From IMG/VR virus record IMGVR_UViG_3300028654_000384, positions 124,001-188,000 of that record: 64,000 nucleotides of DNA; one strand, 5' to 3'. The notes under the pieces are model-generated. The model did not search any database and was not told where the DNA came from. It was given only the letters and a program-made list of their open reading frames with translations. Numbering within the stretch: position 1 is the first letter of the stretch; each line of letters begins with the position of its first letter. Below are positions 43,690-52,851 of the stretch, piece after piece. Made by a program: the position numbers and the translations under genes.

Positions 43690-43908
43690 ATGAACAATGC
43701 TAGCACATTTCTCATCATTCTCTGCGCCGGCGCGCTCGTCCTGTTTTTCATGTGCAGGCCTGAGCTCCTCGACAATCATCCATCGTCGTTGGGCACCAAC
43801 ACGCTGGTCCAACATCACACTCCACCGTCTGATGCCGCCCGTCTCGACGCTGTCGAGAAACGGCTCCACGACATCTGTTCGATGAACGTCCTAGCGGGGT
43901 GCCCGTGA
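43690..43908 (+). CDS. TM + coiled-coil small protein (tandem paralog 1)
   Basis: FFMC..RLD..EK.LH..AGCP. Confidence 0.65.
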   Translation: MNNASTFLIILCAGALVLFFMCRPELLDNHPSSLGTNTLVQHHTPPSDAARLDAVEKRLHDICSMNVLAGCP

Positions 43909-44135
43909 AGAACCACATTGTGCTCATCTACATCATCGGCGTCTGTGCTAGCACCGTGTTTTTCATGTGCACGCGCGACGCCATCATTAGGCTGGCCGCC
44001 CGGGCGGGAGCCGAGCTCGCGCCTTCACCTCCTGCCCTACATGAACATATCCCGCATGAATGGTCAGCGACTGTCGACGACCGCCTCGACCGCCTGGAGA
44101 AGCAACTTCATACCTGTGATGCGGGGTGCCCGTGA
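43905..44135 (+). CDS. TM + coiled-coil small protein (tandem paralog 2)
   Basis: FFMC..RLDRLEKQLH..AGCP; 20-bp direct repeat at both junctions. Confidence 0.65.
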   Translation: MKNHIVLIYIIGVCASTVFFMCTRDAIIRLAARAGAELAPSPPALHEHIPHEWSATVDDRLDRLEKQLHTCDAGCP

Positions 44136-44245
44136 AGAACATCAGCTTTTTACTCGTCCTAATCGCCGTTTGCAGCATCGCCCTGGTTCTCATGTGCACC
44201 GCTTTTGCGGCGCCTGAGCTCCGCGCAGCGTTGAGGTGCCAGTGA
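44132..44245 (+). CDS. TM micropeptide (tandem paralog 3)
   Basis: MKNISFLLV..LMCT. Confidence 0.5.
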   Translation: MKNISFLLVLIAVCSIALVLMCTAFAAPELRAALRCQ

Positions 44246-44517
44246 CAAAACGTCATGCACCCAAGTCGCGCAGCGACGTTGGGCCAGTGAAAAAGTCAAC
44301 TCGTAAGGTCGTGGAGAACATCAAGGCACAGGGTTCCGTCTTTGCTCCCCGCGACGACGTCTATTCGTTGATGCCACAGTGGCCCATCGACCCTCGCCTC
44401 GACAAGTGGTCGCCCATCGCCCCGCCCGTTGACTGTGACCTGTGTCACCGCACTGCGACGTGGCGGCACACCCGCGGCGCCCTTCGCTGCGACAGGTGCC
44501 CTCGTCCGAAGAAGTGA
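44242..44517 (+). CDS. basic protein with C-terminal CxxC..CxxC
   Basis: CDLC..CDRC. Confidence 0.65.
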   Translation: MTKRHAPKSRSDVGPVKKSTRKVVENIKAQGSVFAPRDDVYSLMPQWPIDPRLDKWSPIAPPVDCDLCHRTATWRHTRGALRCDRCPRPKK

Positions 44518-44527
44518 GGAATTCCCC

Positions 44528-44761
44528 ATGAGCAATCGTCGTTTCATTGTCACCCTTGAACTGTCGACCGATGCGCTCGCCGACGCTGACGAGGTGTTGG
44601 ATGCAGTGGGCCGCGCGCTGACTGCATCGTTGCAGCTACCTCACACGGCCGGGGTGTGGACGCTGGGCATCGTCGGCATGCCCGACGTGCCGGCGACCCG
44701 CGACGATGTCGCCCACGCTCAGCGCGACGTTTCCATTGAACGTGATCCGAGGTTGAACTGA
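44528..44761 (+). CDS. hypothetical protein
   Basis: GAGGA RBS. Confidence 0.65.
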   Translation: MSNRRFIVTLELSTDALADADEVLDAVGRALTASLQLPHTAGVWTLGIVGMPDVPATRDDVAHAQRDVSIERDPRLN

Positions 44762-44994
44762 TGGCATCTTATGTCGTCGTCCCACTGAAGCTGACCAAGC
44801 CTACGTCGGGTCACACCTTCGATCGCCTCGACGTTGCCGCCTCGCTGGCGGCCATGCTGCAGCCCGGCGACCGCGTCGTCAGCGTCTACCCCGTCCGTGG
44901 CCTCGTCCGCAATCAGTGGGACCCCGCGGCCACCTACTTCGAACTTGAGGCCCTCGTCGAACGAAAGGAACCCGCATCCCATGAAGAAACGTAG
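44761..44994 (+). CDS. hypothetical protein
   Basis: TGATG coupling. Confidence 0.6.
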   Translation: MASYVVVPLKLTKPTSGHTFDRLDVAASLAAMLQPGDRVVSVYPVRGLVRNQWDPAATYFELEALVERKEPASHEET

Positions 44995-45274
44995 CAAGAA
45001 GGAACGCCGCGACCTGTCACCCATCCACCCGCCCATGCCCGTCGAACAGGCCGAGACCTATGCCCGGGCCCTGCAGGCACAGAAGGACCTCCGCGCGCAG
45101 CTGGTCAAGGCCACCCCGAAAGGGGCCGACGCGCCCTGCATCGGCCTGGCCGACACGTGCACCGGCACGTATCAGCTGTTGGTCTGGTGCAATGCGGGTC
45201 GACCCGCGGCGTTGCCCGCCACCTTCGAGGGTTTTGCAGTCGACTTTAGGGGTCACCTGCCCCGCGCACTGTGA
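44981..45274 (+). CDS. hypothetical protein
   Basis: AAAGGA RBS. Confidence 0.6.
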   Translation: MKKRSKKERRDLSPIHPPMPVEQAETYARALQAQKDLRAQLVKATPKGADAPCIGLADTCTGTYQLLVWCNAGRPAALPATFEGFAVDFRGHLPRAL

Positions 45275-45422
45275 TTCGCTGCCGGCACCACACTCGAGGT
45301 AGAAATGAAAAGAAGCGTAAAACAGTTGGCGTCGGACGCGTACCAAGACCTGCGTAGTCTACCCCTTGATTGTTGTGCACTGATCCTGTATGGGTTCTGG
45401 CGCTTGTATGCTAAGCTTGACA

Positions 45423-45671
45423 ATGAGCAGTCAGCAGCTTGAATACCTGCCCGGTCGCCTCGCCCGCGTGGCCTTTGAGTACTATCACTTGTGGACGATC
45501 GACATGAACACCGACCTCGCCACCCGCTCTCGCGTCGGCGATGGTGCTGTCGTGCGCTGCGGCATGGTGGGCCTCATCGTATCGCCGATCGGCGGTGCGG
45601 GCTACGTCGTGGCACTGTTCGGTGATAAGTGGGGGTGGATCCACCACCGCGCGTTGGCAGCGGTGCAGTGA
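45423..45671 (+). CDS. KOW/SH3-like PGxL family protein
   Basis: YLPGRL..LW..VGLIVS..VALFGDKWGWIHH. Confidence 0.75.
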   Translation: MSSQQLEYLPGRLARVAFEYYHLWTIDMNTDLATRSRVGDGAVVRCGMVGLIVSPIGGAGYVVALFGDKWGWIHHRALAAVQ

Positions 45672-45901
45672 TGAATTACTTGCCCGGTCGCCTCGTCGTT
45701 GCTAGCTACAACCACTATGGCCTGTGGCTGACGGCGAAGGCGGTCGGTCTCGTGGCGGTGGTGCAACGCGGTGAAGTGGGCCTCATCGTGTCGGCGACGC
45801 GTGGGGCGGGGGGTTATGAACTGGTGCTGTTCGGCGACAAGGTGGGTTGGATACACCATGATGCATACGTGGTTTACACCGCCACCACCACACCCGTGTG
45901 A
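45668..45901 (+). CDS. KOW/SH3-like PGxL family protein (recent duplicate of previous)
   Basis: YLPGRL..LW..VGLIVS..LVLFGDKVGWIHH. Confidence 0.75.
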   Translation: MMNYLPGRLVVASYNHYGLWLTAKAVGLVAVVQRGEVGLIVSATRGAGGYELVLFGDKVGWIHHDAYVVYTATTTPV

Positions 45902-46026
45902 CGTGGTGGGGATTTCCTGGTGTGCGCGGAAGGCATGAGCCATTGAACACCGAGGTTGGGCAAAGTAGGATTGGTGGCGAGGGGGTGGGCCTTTGGTGTC
46001 CACGAATACCCAAAGAAAGGTCCATC

Positions 46027-46128
46027 ATGAAACAGTTCATCAACAACAACGCCATCATCATCGCCATCATAGGCGCCGGCGCCCTCGCCTTCGCCGTCAG
46101 CCTCTGGGCACTGCACCTGTGCAACTAA
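46027..46128 (+). CDS. TM micropeptide
   Basis: AAAGG RBS; 33 aa hydrophobic. Confidence 0.6.
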   Translation: MKQFINNNAIIIAIIGAGALAFAVSLWALHLCN

Positions 46129-46129
46129 C

Positions 46130-46239
46130 ATGAACAACATCAACATCGGCTTTGGCATTCTGCTCGGCTCGTTGCTCGGCGTGTTGCTTGGCATCGCGAT
46201 CATGGCGGTCATTTCATCTTCGTGCTGGTGACTAAATGA
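46130..46239 (+). pseudogene. TM micropeptide with apparent 1-nt deletion, paralog of next gene
   Basis: Adding one T to TTT at 46212 gives ..VIFIFVLVTK* with ATGA coupling, matching the next peptide. Confidence 0.5.
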
Positions 46240-46328
46240 ACATCGTCTTTGGCCTCATGCTCGGCGCGATGTGCGGCGTCGGGATCGTCGTCATCATCTT
46301 CGTCATTGTTGCGCTGGTGACTAAATGA
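46236..46328 (+). CDS. TM micropeptide (30 aa)
   Basis: MNIVFGLMLG..LVTK; 18-bp direct repeat GCTGGTGACTAAATGAAC. Confidence 0.55.
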   Translation: MNIVFGLMLGAMCGVGIVVIIFVIVALVTK

Positions 46329-46346
46329 ACGCTGTCCGTTCAACCC

Positions 46347-46499
46347 ATGAAACAACCTAAACCACGCAAGTGCAAGGCCGGGCCCAACTGCGCCACGGCA
46401 CCCGACCAAGAACTGGCGTGGGATTGGTTCAATCCCCGCGCACAGTACTGCAAGATGTGTCAGAATACGTCTCGTCGAAAGTTTCGCCCCTCACTGTGA
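46347..46499 (+). CDS. small Cys-rich protein
   Basis: KC..NC..YCKMC. Confidence 0.45.
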   Translation: MKQPKPRKCKAGPNCATAPDQELAWDWFNPRAQYCKMCQNTSRRKFRPSL

Positions 46500-46506
46500 G
46501 AACACC

Positions 46507-46659
46507 ATGAAAAACAGCTTCCTCGCGTGGGCCTTCATCATCGTGCTTGTTTGCCTTGCGTTCTATGTCTTGCACTTTGCGATGTCTTGCACTGCGACAA
46601 ATACCTGCAACGGACACAGTCGTCTGGCGTCACCGCCCGCCGAAAGAAAACACCCATGA
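46507..46659 (+). CDS. TM micropeptide
   Basis: Hydrophobic helix; ATGA overlap with next. Confidence 0.5.
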   Translation: MKNSFLAWAFIIVLVCLAFYVLHFAMSCTATNTCNGHSRLASPPAERKHP

Positions 46660-46895
46660 ACAATCACCTTCGAACTTTCACTGTCACCGCGTTCATCATC
46701 CTCGCCGGCTGCGCCTCAAGCGCGGGGGCGCCCCTCATCCCCGTCAAGCCCGTCGCCACCCACTATGTCACCGTCCCCAACCAAGAACAGGCGTGCAGCG
46801 GGCCCCTGTCGTGCGGCAGTCGCGGGGGTTTCTGCACCATGCGGTGCACCGGTGACGTCGCCCCCTTCGACTGCACCGTGCTGGAGTGCCATTGA
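46656..46895 (+). CDS. Cys-rich lipoprotein
   Basis: Lipobox LAGC; five further Cys. Confidence 0.7.
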   Translation: MNNHLRTFTVTAFIILAGCASSAGAPLIPVKPVATHYVTVPNQEQACSGPLSCGSRGGFCTMRCTGDVAPFDCTVLECH

Positions 46896-46896
46896 C

Positions 46897-47106
46897 ATGG
46901 AAAAGTTCAAGGACGACTTCAAGTTCGATGGCGATGATGCGGCATGGCTCGAGTTCATGAAGGCGGCGATGCCCATCGCCGCAAAGTTCTGGGGTTCTGA
47001 TGTTGGCGGTTCATACCGCGATGAATTCATCAAGGACGCCGCCGTGCTCGCTGACGCTGCACTGGCCGAGTGGAACCGCCGACGAGGCACCCGCACACCC
47101 CTGTAA
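46897..47106 (+). CDS. hypothetical protein
   Basis: High-GC3 codons. Confidence 0.6.
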   Translation: MEKFKDDFKFDGDDAAWLEFMKAAMPIAAKFWGSDVGGSYRDEFIKDAAVLADAALAEWNRRRGTRTPL

Positions 47107-47216
47107 AAACCCCTGATCCCAAGCCGTGAGGTGGGCTGTAAGTGACCCCTCCCTACATGGCAAAGGCACGTGCAACCCACCTCACGGCTTGGGATCCTTT
47201 CTACAGTGTTGCTAAC

Positions 47217-47495
47217 ATGAAGCCCGGAGACATGATCGAATGGCGCTACGAGTCGAGCGATAAGCCCATCGCCCGTGATGAATATGTCTGGTCATCGGTG
47301 ATGAACCGTTGGTTGCCCATCGGCGGTGTACACCTGTTGATCAGTCGTGACAATGACGAGCTGACGTGGCTCTACACAAGTGCCGGTGCCACGCGCATCG
47401 GCAAGGCACTGGTTAGTGACAGCAACCTGGGTCGCTTAGATAAACGAGTGTTCGATGGGTGCTACCCCGTCGTAGTGCAAGGTCACCTCACTTAG
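47217..47495 (+). CDS. KOW/SH3-like PGxL family protein, WxY/IGGV subfamily
   Basis: MKPGDMIEWRY..YVWS..IGGVHLL..LTWL. Confidence 0.75.
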   Translation: MKPGDMIEWRYESSDKPIARDEYVWSSVMNRWLPIGGVHLLISRDNDELTWLYTSAGATRIGKALVSDSNLGRLDKRVFDGCYPVVVQGHLT

Positions 47496-47531
47496 GTCTA
47501 TAATGGTCTTTCAACGCTAGAAAGCAGTGCA

Positions 47532-47702
47532 ATGCAGGTCTATAAGCACACGGAAATTCAGGCGGTGTTGGCCATGTTCTCCGCCTTCAACATCGAAGTT
47601 GAAGTGGTCGAGGGCGGTGCCAACCAACCCATGACGATCCACACCAAGTTGTTTCAACGCAAAGACGGAGAGTACGCTGATGAACCCGAAGAGACTGTTT
47701 AG
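47532..47702 (+). CDS. hypothetical protein (56 aa)
   Basis: TATAAT upstream; overlaps next start. Confidence 0.4.
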   Translation: MQVYKHTEIQAVLAMFSAFNIEVEVVEGGANQPMTIHTKLFQRKDGEYADEPEETV

Positions 47703-48798
47703 CTCGCTCGCCGCACTGCTGGTGGGGCTGGGCGTCGTTGGCACCGCCAGTGCGCAGGAAACGGGTCACGACAAGGATATTCACGATCGTGATTATTGCG
47801 ACAAGGTGCAGGCCCGCGCCCATGCTGATGCGTGGTTGTTGTTCTCGCCGTCGCTGCAGGTGCAGGGCATCAAGTACCCGGCGGGGGCACCGGGCGTCGT
47901 CGCGGTTGGTGGATCAGAAACTCCCGGTGGTTATCAGGTTCGTAGCTCACTATTGTGGAGCCCGCTCGATGCCTACAAGGGCACCGTCGAACAAGCCGTC
48001 GCAAATAAGGATTGCCTGCAACACTCGGCCATGGTCGATGCCCAAAATCTTTTGGAGATGATGAATGACGTCGGCCGAGCACCTGCATTGCAGGCCGAGG
48101 TGACGTACCTCAAGTTCCATGCCGACGATATGAACGACATTCTCACCAATGTGCATAAACGCCTTGTGATTGGTCACAGCACGATCATCGAACTCGCTGC
48201 TGTACAGGCAGGCATCGATCTGCTTGAACGCAAGCTCGCCGCAGCGCAGGGTCAACTGTCACTCATCGAAACGAAGGATTATGTCGTTACACCACGCTCG
48301 TCGACAGAGATCGTCGAGCGATTACAACGCTACTCAATGGAATATGAGAAAGAGACGGCACGACTCAGATCGATCGATCCATGGGCTATCAGCGTGTCAG
48401 GCGGCGTTGTCCCGCCCATGGGCGACGGTGGTTCGGCGGCGTGGTTTGGCATGGTGACGGTGCAGTATAATTTCGGGGGTTTCGTCCGCGGGGCTGATGA
48501 GAGCAAGTATCTCTCAGCCCGCCAGCACGAACTGCAATATGCTCGTTACGAACTTGCTGATCAGGTTCGGCGTTTACAAGATGGCATTCAGGTGGGCATC
48601 GAATCTGCGGATGCCGAAATCGTCACGCTTGACAAGCGTATCAGTGAACTTAATGACCTATGTGAGCAGTTAAAGCTTCATATTGAAGCACCCAATGCTA
48701 TGAGCACATTAGGCGTCGTTGAGCTTCAGCACATGGATGCGGTGAGTGATAGGTTGTACTTGATCGAACTACGTCGGCAATTGTCGGCGTGGAAGTGA
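47680..48798 (+). CDS. secreted TolC/outer-membrane-factor-like protein
   Basis: Sec signal (ASA|Q); two repeats of amphipathic beta-hairpin plus long coiled coils. Confidence 0.55.
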   Translation: MNPKRLFSSLAALLVGLGVVGTASAQETGHDKDIHDRDYCDKVQARAHADAWLLFSPSLQVQGIKYPAGAPGVVAVGGSETPGGYQVRSSLLWSPLDAYKGTVEQAVANKDCLQHSAMVDAQNLLEMMNDVGRAPALQAEVTYLKFHADDMNDILTNVHKRLVIGHSTIIELAAVQAGIDLLERKLAAAQGQLSLIETKDYVVTPRSSTEIVERLQRYSMEYEKETARLRSIDPWAISVSGGVVPPMGDGGSAAWFGMVTVQYNFGGFVRGADESKYLSARQHELQYARYELADQVRRLQDGIQVGIESADAEIVTLDKRISELNDLCEQLKLHIEAPNAMSTLGVVELQHMDAVSDRLYLIELRRQLSAWK

Positions 48799-48820
48799 TG
48801 AAAGTAACGAGAGAGGGAAT

Positions 48821-49909
48821 ATGACAATGGAACAGACCATGGAAACTGCACGCGCCTCTGCACAAATTAACGTGGGGCGGTTTTGGAAGACGCGTGTCTT
48901 CTCGTTTGTGGCATTAGCATCAATGGTGGGTGGCTGCGGCGCCATGGTGCGAGAGGGCTATTTTGTCACTACCGATTCCTTCGTTGCCCCGGCGATTTTG
49001 TCGCCTAATAACGATCTCGTCCTCGACGCACGTTTGAAGCTGGAACAAATCATGTTACAGAAGGGTATTGCCGAACAGGCATTGACGGAAGCCGAGGGCG
49101 ACATCAATGCAGGTGAACAAGCAACGATCAAGTTGATCGAATTGCGTGACACCATTAGTCATGCACTGACGTGGACCAGCAACTTGACAGGTGCGCAAGT
49201 GACGATGGGTAACGCCGATGTTAAGGTCATTGCGACACAGAAGGATGAGTTACAAAACATGATTGCTCGTCAAGAGCAGCTAGTTGAAGACGCTAAATTG
49301 AATATGAATGGCGGGTTGATCGCGCGTCCTGATTATGACCGCGAGGTGCAGGCGCTTGACTCGCTGAAACTAGCACAGTTCGAAAATGACAGGACGCGTA
49401 TGGCTAGCGACCTACAGTTGAAACAGGCTAGTATGGGTCAGCAGGCGCTACTTGCGGGTAAGGGCACCAAGATGCCGATGCCCGATCAGGTCATGGTATT
49501 GAACTCATTGATTACGGTCGAGGTGCAGTTGTTGCAGACGGAAGAATTGCAGAGAACGAAGATTGCTGAGAAGGAAAAAGATCAGGAAGAATTGAAGAAG
49601 ATTGAGTCGCTAGAGAGCGATCTGCGATCGCGGCCTATTTTCAAGGCAATTGATAGTAACGTAGATTTGAGCTTTGCACCATATTCTGCTTTGAAGAATA
49701 TTGTTGTGGGTGCGAAAGTGATGAATTGTGTTTGGGGAGTTTTCAATTGTAAGGAAGTTGGAAAAGTGAAAGAAATTATCTCTGGTGAGGCAGTTCTTCC
49801 CGCAATTTTTGGAACGGGGCAAACAAGAGGACAATTTATTGCAGTTGAGCTAAATGATGCAGATCATGATGCTTCAATGAAAAGTACGATTCTAAGAATC
49901 CGAAACTAA
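48821..49909 (+). CDS. HlyD/membrane-fusion-protein-like periplasmic adaptor
   Basis: N-terminal TM/lipobox-like GGC, long central coiled coil, beta-rich C-terminus. Confidence 0.55.
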   Translation: MTMEQTMETARASAQINVGRFWKTRVFSFVALASMVGGCGAMVREGYFVTTDSFVAPAILSPNNDLVLDARLKLEQIMLQKGIAEQALTEAEGDINAGEQATIKLIELRDTISHALTWTSNLTGAQVTMGNADVKVIATQKDELQNMIARQEQLVEDAKLNMNGGLIARPDYDREVQALDSLKLAQFENDRTRMASDLQLKQASMGQQALLAGKGTKMPMPDQVMVLNSLITVEVQLLQTEELQRTKIAEKEKDQEELKKIESLESDLRSRPIFKAIDSNVDLSFAPYSALKNIVVGAKVMNCVWGVFNCKEVGKVKEIISGEAVLPAIFGTGQTRGQFIAVELNDADHDASMKSTILRIRN

Positions 49910-49919
49910 AGGACATCAG

Positions 49920-51662
49920 ATGGATACTATTCTTTGGCGTTTGCATGATTCCATGCATCTTGCATGGGTTGTTATTTTTGCACTCGTAGTCAGTCTTTGT
50001 TTGCTCAACGTCCACTACATTCCTGTAGTATTTCGTACAGCATTCAGAAGGTTGGTATCTGGCAATTCTTCACATACGCCCAAGAATATGGGCAATTGCC
50101 CTACTGGACTTGTAATCATTCCATCGCTGCTTAGAAACGAAGAAGATTATACCGCCATCATTGCCACAGTAGAAAGTTGTGCTTCTAATCAATACCCCAA
50201 TGATTTGTATATCATAGTTAGTATTGATGGGAAGAACGAGAATCAAAAATTATTTGCACAACTAGCTAACTGGCTCGATTCAAGATCGTACTCTAACACT
50301 GTAAAACTGCACCTCACATATGATGAGGTTCGTCGTAGCAAAATGATGGCTATCGATCGTGGGGCACAGTATATGAAAGCCCTTGTTGCTAGTGGCGCGG
50401 TGTCATCCTTTCCCACCATCTATTTTAGCATCGACGCTGACTCTATTCTTAGTGAGCAAGCTCTCAATAGAATGGCATCTCAGCTAAATACTCCACACCC
50501 AATTACCGGTAACAAAAGGCGAACTATTGCCGGAACTCCGATGGTTCACTCGCACGTGTTATGGCAAGGTTGGCGCTCATTCTTTACGATTGAAAATCAG
50601 ATCTATCTCAATGTTGCTCGTATGTTTATGATGTCAGGTGTTGCTCGTAGCAATTTGGGTGTTATTCCTTACATTGGAGTGCCAGGAGCTATTTACGCTA
50701 CTTGGAGTGAGATTCTATTGGATGCTCCTAAGTTTATGGGTTACATAAGATCCATTACATTTATTGACTGGCTACGTTGGTGGGTGGGAATTCCTCTTCC
50801 TACGTTTGCAGAATCTAGCGCTGAGCCAATTCCTCAATTGTTGACAGGAAACACAGATGATACAAGTATGGCGGTTGTAATTTCAATCTCTACTTGGCAA
50901 GACAATAGGTTTGTTCTTGAGTTGCCAAGATCTCCACTTCATGCGTTTGGCAGATTGCTTCGCTCTTGGTTTATTGAACGAACGCATAATCACGATCCAG
51001 AATCGAAAGCTTATACTTATGTTCCTCCTTCTATTAAGGGATTGTGGCTTCAACGAAAACGATGGAACAGCTCGAGAATTGAATTAAATTTGAGATTCTC
51101 AAAAGCATTTTTGTTTTGCTGGGACACTGGATTTCCGTTTATGTTTCAGCTATCTATTGTTGGAATAATTTTCTTTCGAGTGTTGCTGACATACGTTATA
51201 ATTCCATTCGTCATATTTGGTGAAGCCTCCAACGTCTTCTATTGTTTGATGGTGGGTATGACGTTGAGTTTTATTTGTAATCTCATTCTTACATTGACCG
51301 CACTTGCAATGGATACTGAACGACGTAGATATTGGGCGGTGTTGCTTGCGTTACCAACGGCTGGTTTGTTTTCTCTCGTGTTCGGTGCAACCGTAGGTAT
51401 TTGGGGATTTATGAAAGACGTATTGTGGAAAGGAAACAATGTTAAATTCACACCAGCTTCTACGTTGATAACTGGTGGAAGTCAGCGAATTGCAATTGCA
51501 TTTCGTGTTCAGCGATTCCTATCAATGTGTATTCGTTCATTACGATATGGTGATGTTCCGTTCGGTCTTTGGTGGGGATCTTGGTATGAAAGAGTGCCCT
51601 ATGTTCGTAACGGTTATGCAGATTGGTCTAACAAAAAGAACAGTCAATACGTGCTAAAATGA
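49920..51662 (+). CDS. processive GT2 polysaccharide synthase (cellulose/chitin/hyaluronan-synthase fold)
   Basis: D (SIDG), DxD (SIDADS), TDD, QRKRW; N-terminal TM and several C-terminal TMs. Confidence 0.88.
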   Translation: MDTILWRLHDSMHLAWVVIFALVVSLCLLNVHYIPVVFRTAFRRLVSGNSSHTPKNMGNCPTGLVIIPSLLRNEEDYTAIIATVESCASNQYPNDLYIIVSIDGKNENQKLFAQLANWLDSRSYSNTVKLHLTYDEVRRSKMMAIDRGAQYMKALVASGAVSSFPTIYFSIDADSILSEQALNRMASQLNTPHPITGNKRRTIAGTPMVHSHVLWQGWRSFFTIENQIYLNVARMFMMSGVARSNLGVIPYIGVPGAIYATWSEILLDAPKFMGYIRSITFIDWLRWWVGIPLPTFAESSAEPIPQLLTGNTDDTSMAVVISISTWQDNRFVLELPRSPLHAFGRLLRSWFIERTHNHDPESKAYTYVPPSIKGLWLQRKRWNSSRIELNLRFSKAFLFCWDTGFPFMFQLSIVGIIFFRVLLTYVIIPFVIFGEASNVFYCLMVGMTLSFICNLILTLTALAMDTERRRYWAVLLALPTAGLFSLVFGATVGIWGFMKDVLWKGNNVKFTPASTLITGGSQRIAIAFRVQRFLSMCIRSLRYGDVPFGLWWGSWYERVPYVRNGYADWSNKKNSQYVLK

Positions 51663-52618
51663 AAATTTTATCGCTTATAGCTCTAGTACTGTCTTCGTGT
51701 GTAAGTAGCAATCTCTATTTTAGAGAAGTTCACGCTAAAAAGCCAACATTTTCATTAGAGGAGAAAAAAATGACAGTCATAAACAACGATTCTGTGCGTG
51801 GACTATTTGTGTGGGATGATGTTGCTAACTCAGAAGAGGAAATTACCAGTTTAGTAACTTTTTGTAAAGTAAAGGAAATCAACGTAGTATATGCATCATT
51901 GTATAGTCACTTACTTGTAAAAAAAGATTTTGTCGCAGTTCAAAATCTACTCAATAGTTTGCATTCCAACGGAATAAAAGTTCATGCATTGTTTGGTAAT
52001 TCAGATTACGGTTCCAAAAAACAATGGGTTGTTGAAAACGTTGGCGAAGCAGTAGTTCAATATAATTCAGTATCATCTGATAAAATCGATGGTGTGTTGC
52101 TAGACGCTGAGTATTGGTCTGGTAGTGCTGGACATCATACGCAAGCCGATGCGATAGGCATGATGGATCTAATAAGGGCACTAAAAATAAAAACTGGCAC
52201 GCCAGTTGGATTTAGCCCTCCGTACTGGTTTGCAGATCCTAAAAATAATCAAGCGCTGGACGTTGTTTATGATGGACACACAATGAAAGAAGGTCAGCAC
52301 ATGATTTATGTTGCGGACTACGTTGTAGTGCAGGACTATTTTAGTGATCCACAAAAACAGATTGAACATTTCAATCCGTGGTTTGATTTTGCAGTTTCTA
52401 CCGGTAGAAATGTTGGTTTGGTGTTGGCATCAGAAGTTAGTGAGCCATCGAAACTAGCTCATGCCTATTCCTATAATAGACTACAGGTGGGTGATGAGGC
52501 GCACATGCAGTCTAGCCTGGCCAGCGTTTCGCAATTCTATACAATGAAGCACGGTGCAGACAGGGTATGGTGGGGTTGTGCTATTGAGCAGTATCGTTCG
52601 TATCGTCAGATGAAGTAA
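51659..52618 (+). CDS. lipoprotein glycoside-hydrolase-like TIM barrel (GH18-like)
   Basis: Lipobox LSSC; RGLFVWD, KVHALFG, IDGVLLDAEYW; GTGA/ATGA-type overlap with synthase. Confidence 0.6.
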   Translation: MKILSLIALVLSSCVSSNLYFREVHAKKPTFSLEEKKMTVINNDSVRGLFVWDDVANSEEEITSLVTFCKVKEINVVYASLYSHLLVKKDFVAVQNLLNSLHSNGIKVHALFGNSDYGSKKQWVVENVGEAVVQYNSVSSDKIDGVLLDAEYWSGSAGHHTQADAIGMMDLIRALKIKTGTPVGFSPPYWFADPKNNQALDVVYDGHTMKEGQHMIYVADYVVVQDYFSDPQKQIEHFNPWFDFAVSTGRNVGLVLASEVSEPSKLAHAYSYNRLQVGDEAHMQSSLASVSQFYTMKHGADRVWWGCAIEQYRSYRQMK

Positions 52619-52650
52619 ATGCGCATTCGATATCATTGCATAGATTTACG

Positions 52651-52851
52651 ATGACCACTCCCAATCACTACTGGTACATCCTCGACAACGCGGGAGCTGA
52701 CTGCTGCATGCCCTTCTGCGACGAGGAGAAATTCCGCGCCGAGTTCTGGCATGACTACCTGTCGCGCGCCAACCCGACCCGCGGTCCCTACTCACTGGCC
52801 TTCCTACCTTACCAGAAACCGGCCGAGTATATTCCGCCGCCCAATCCGTAA
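52651..52851 (+). CDS. hypothetical protein
   Basis: Return to high-GC codons. Confidence 0.55.
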   Translation: MTTPNHYWYILDNAGADCCMPFCDEEKFRAEFWHDYLSRANPTRGPYSLAFLPYQKPAEYIPPPNP

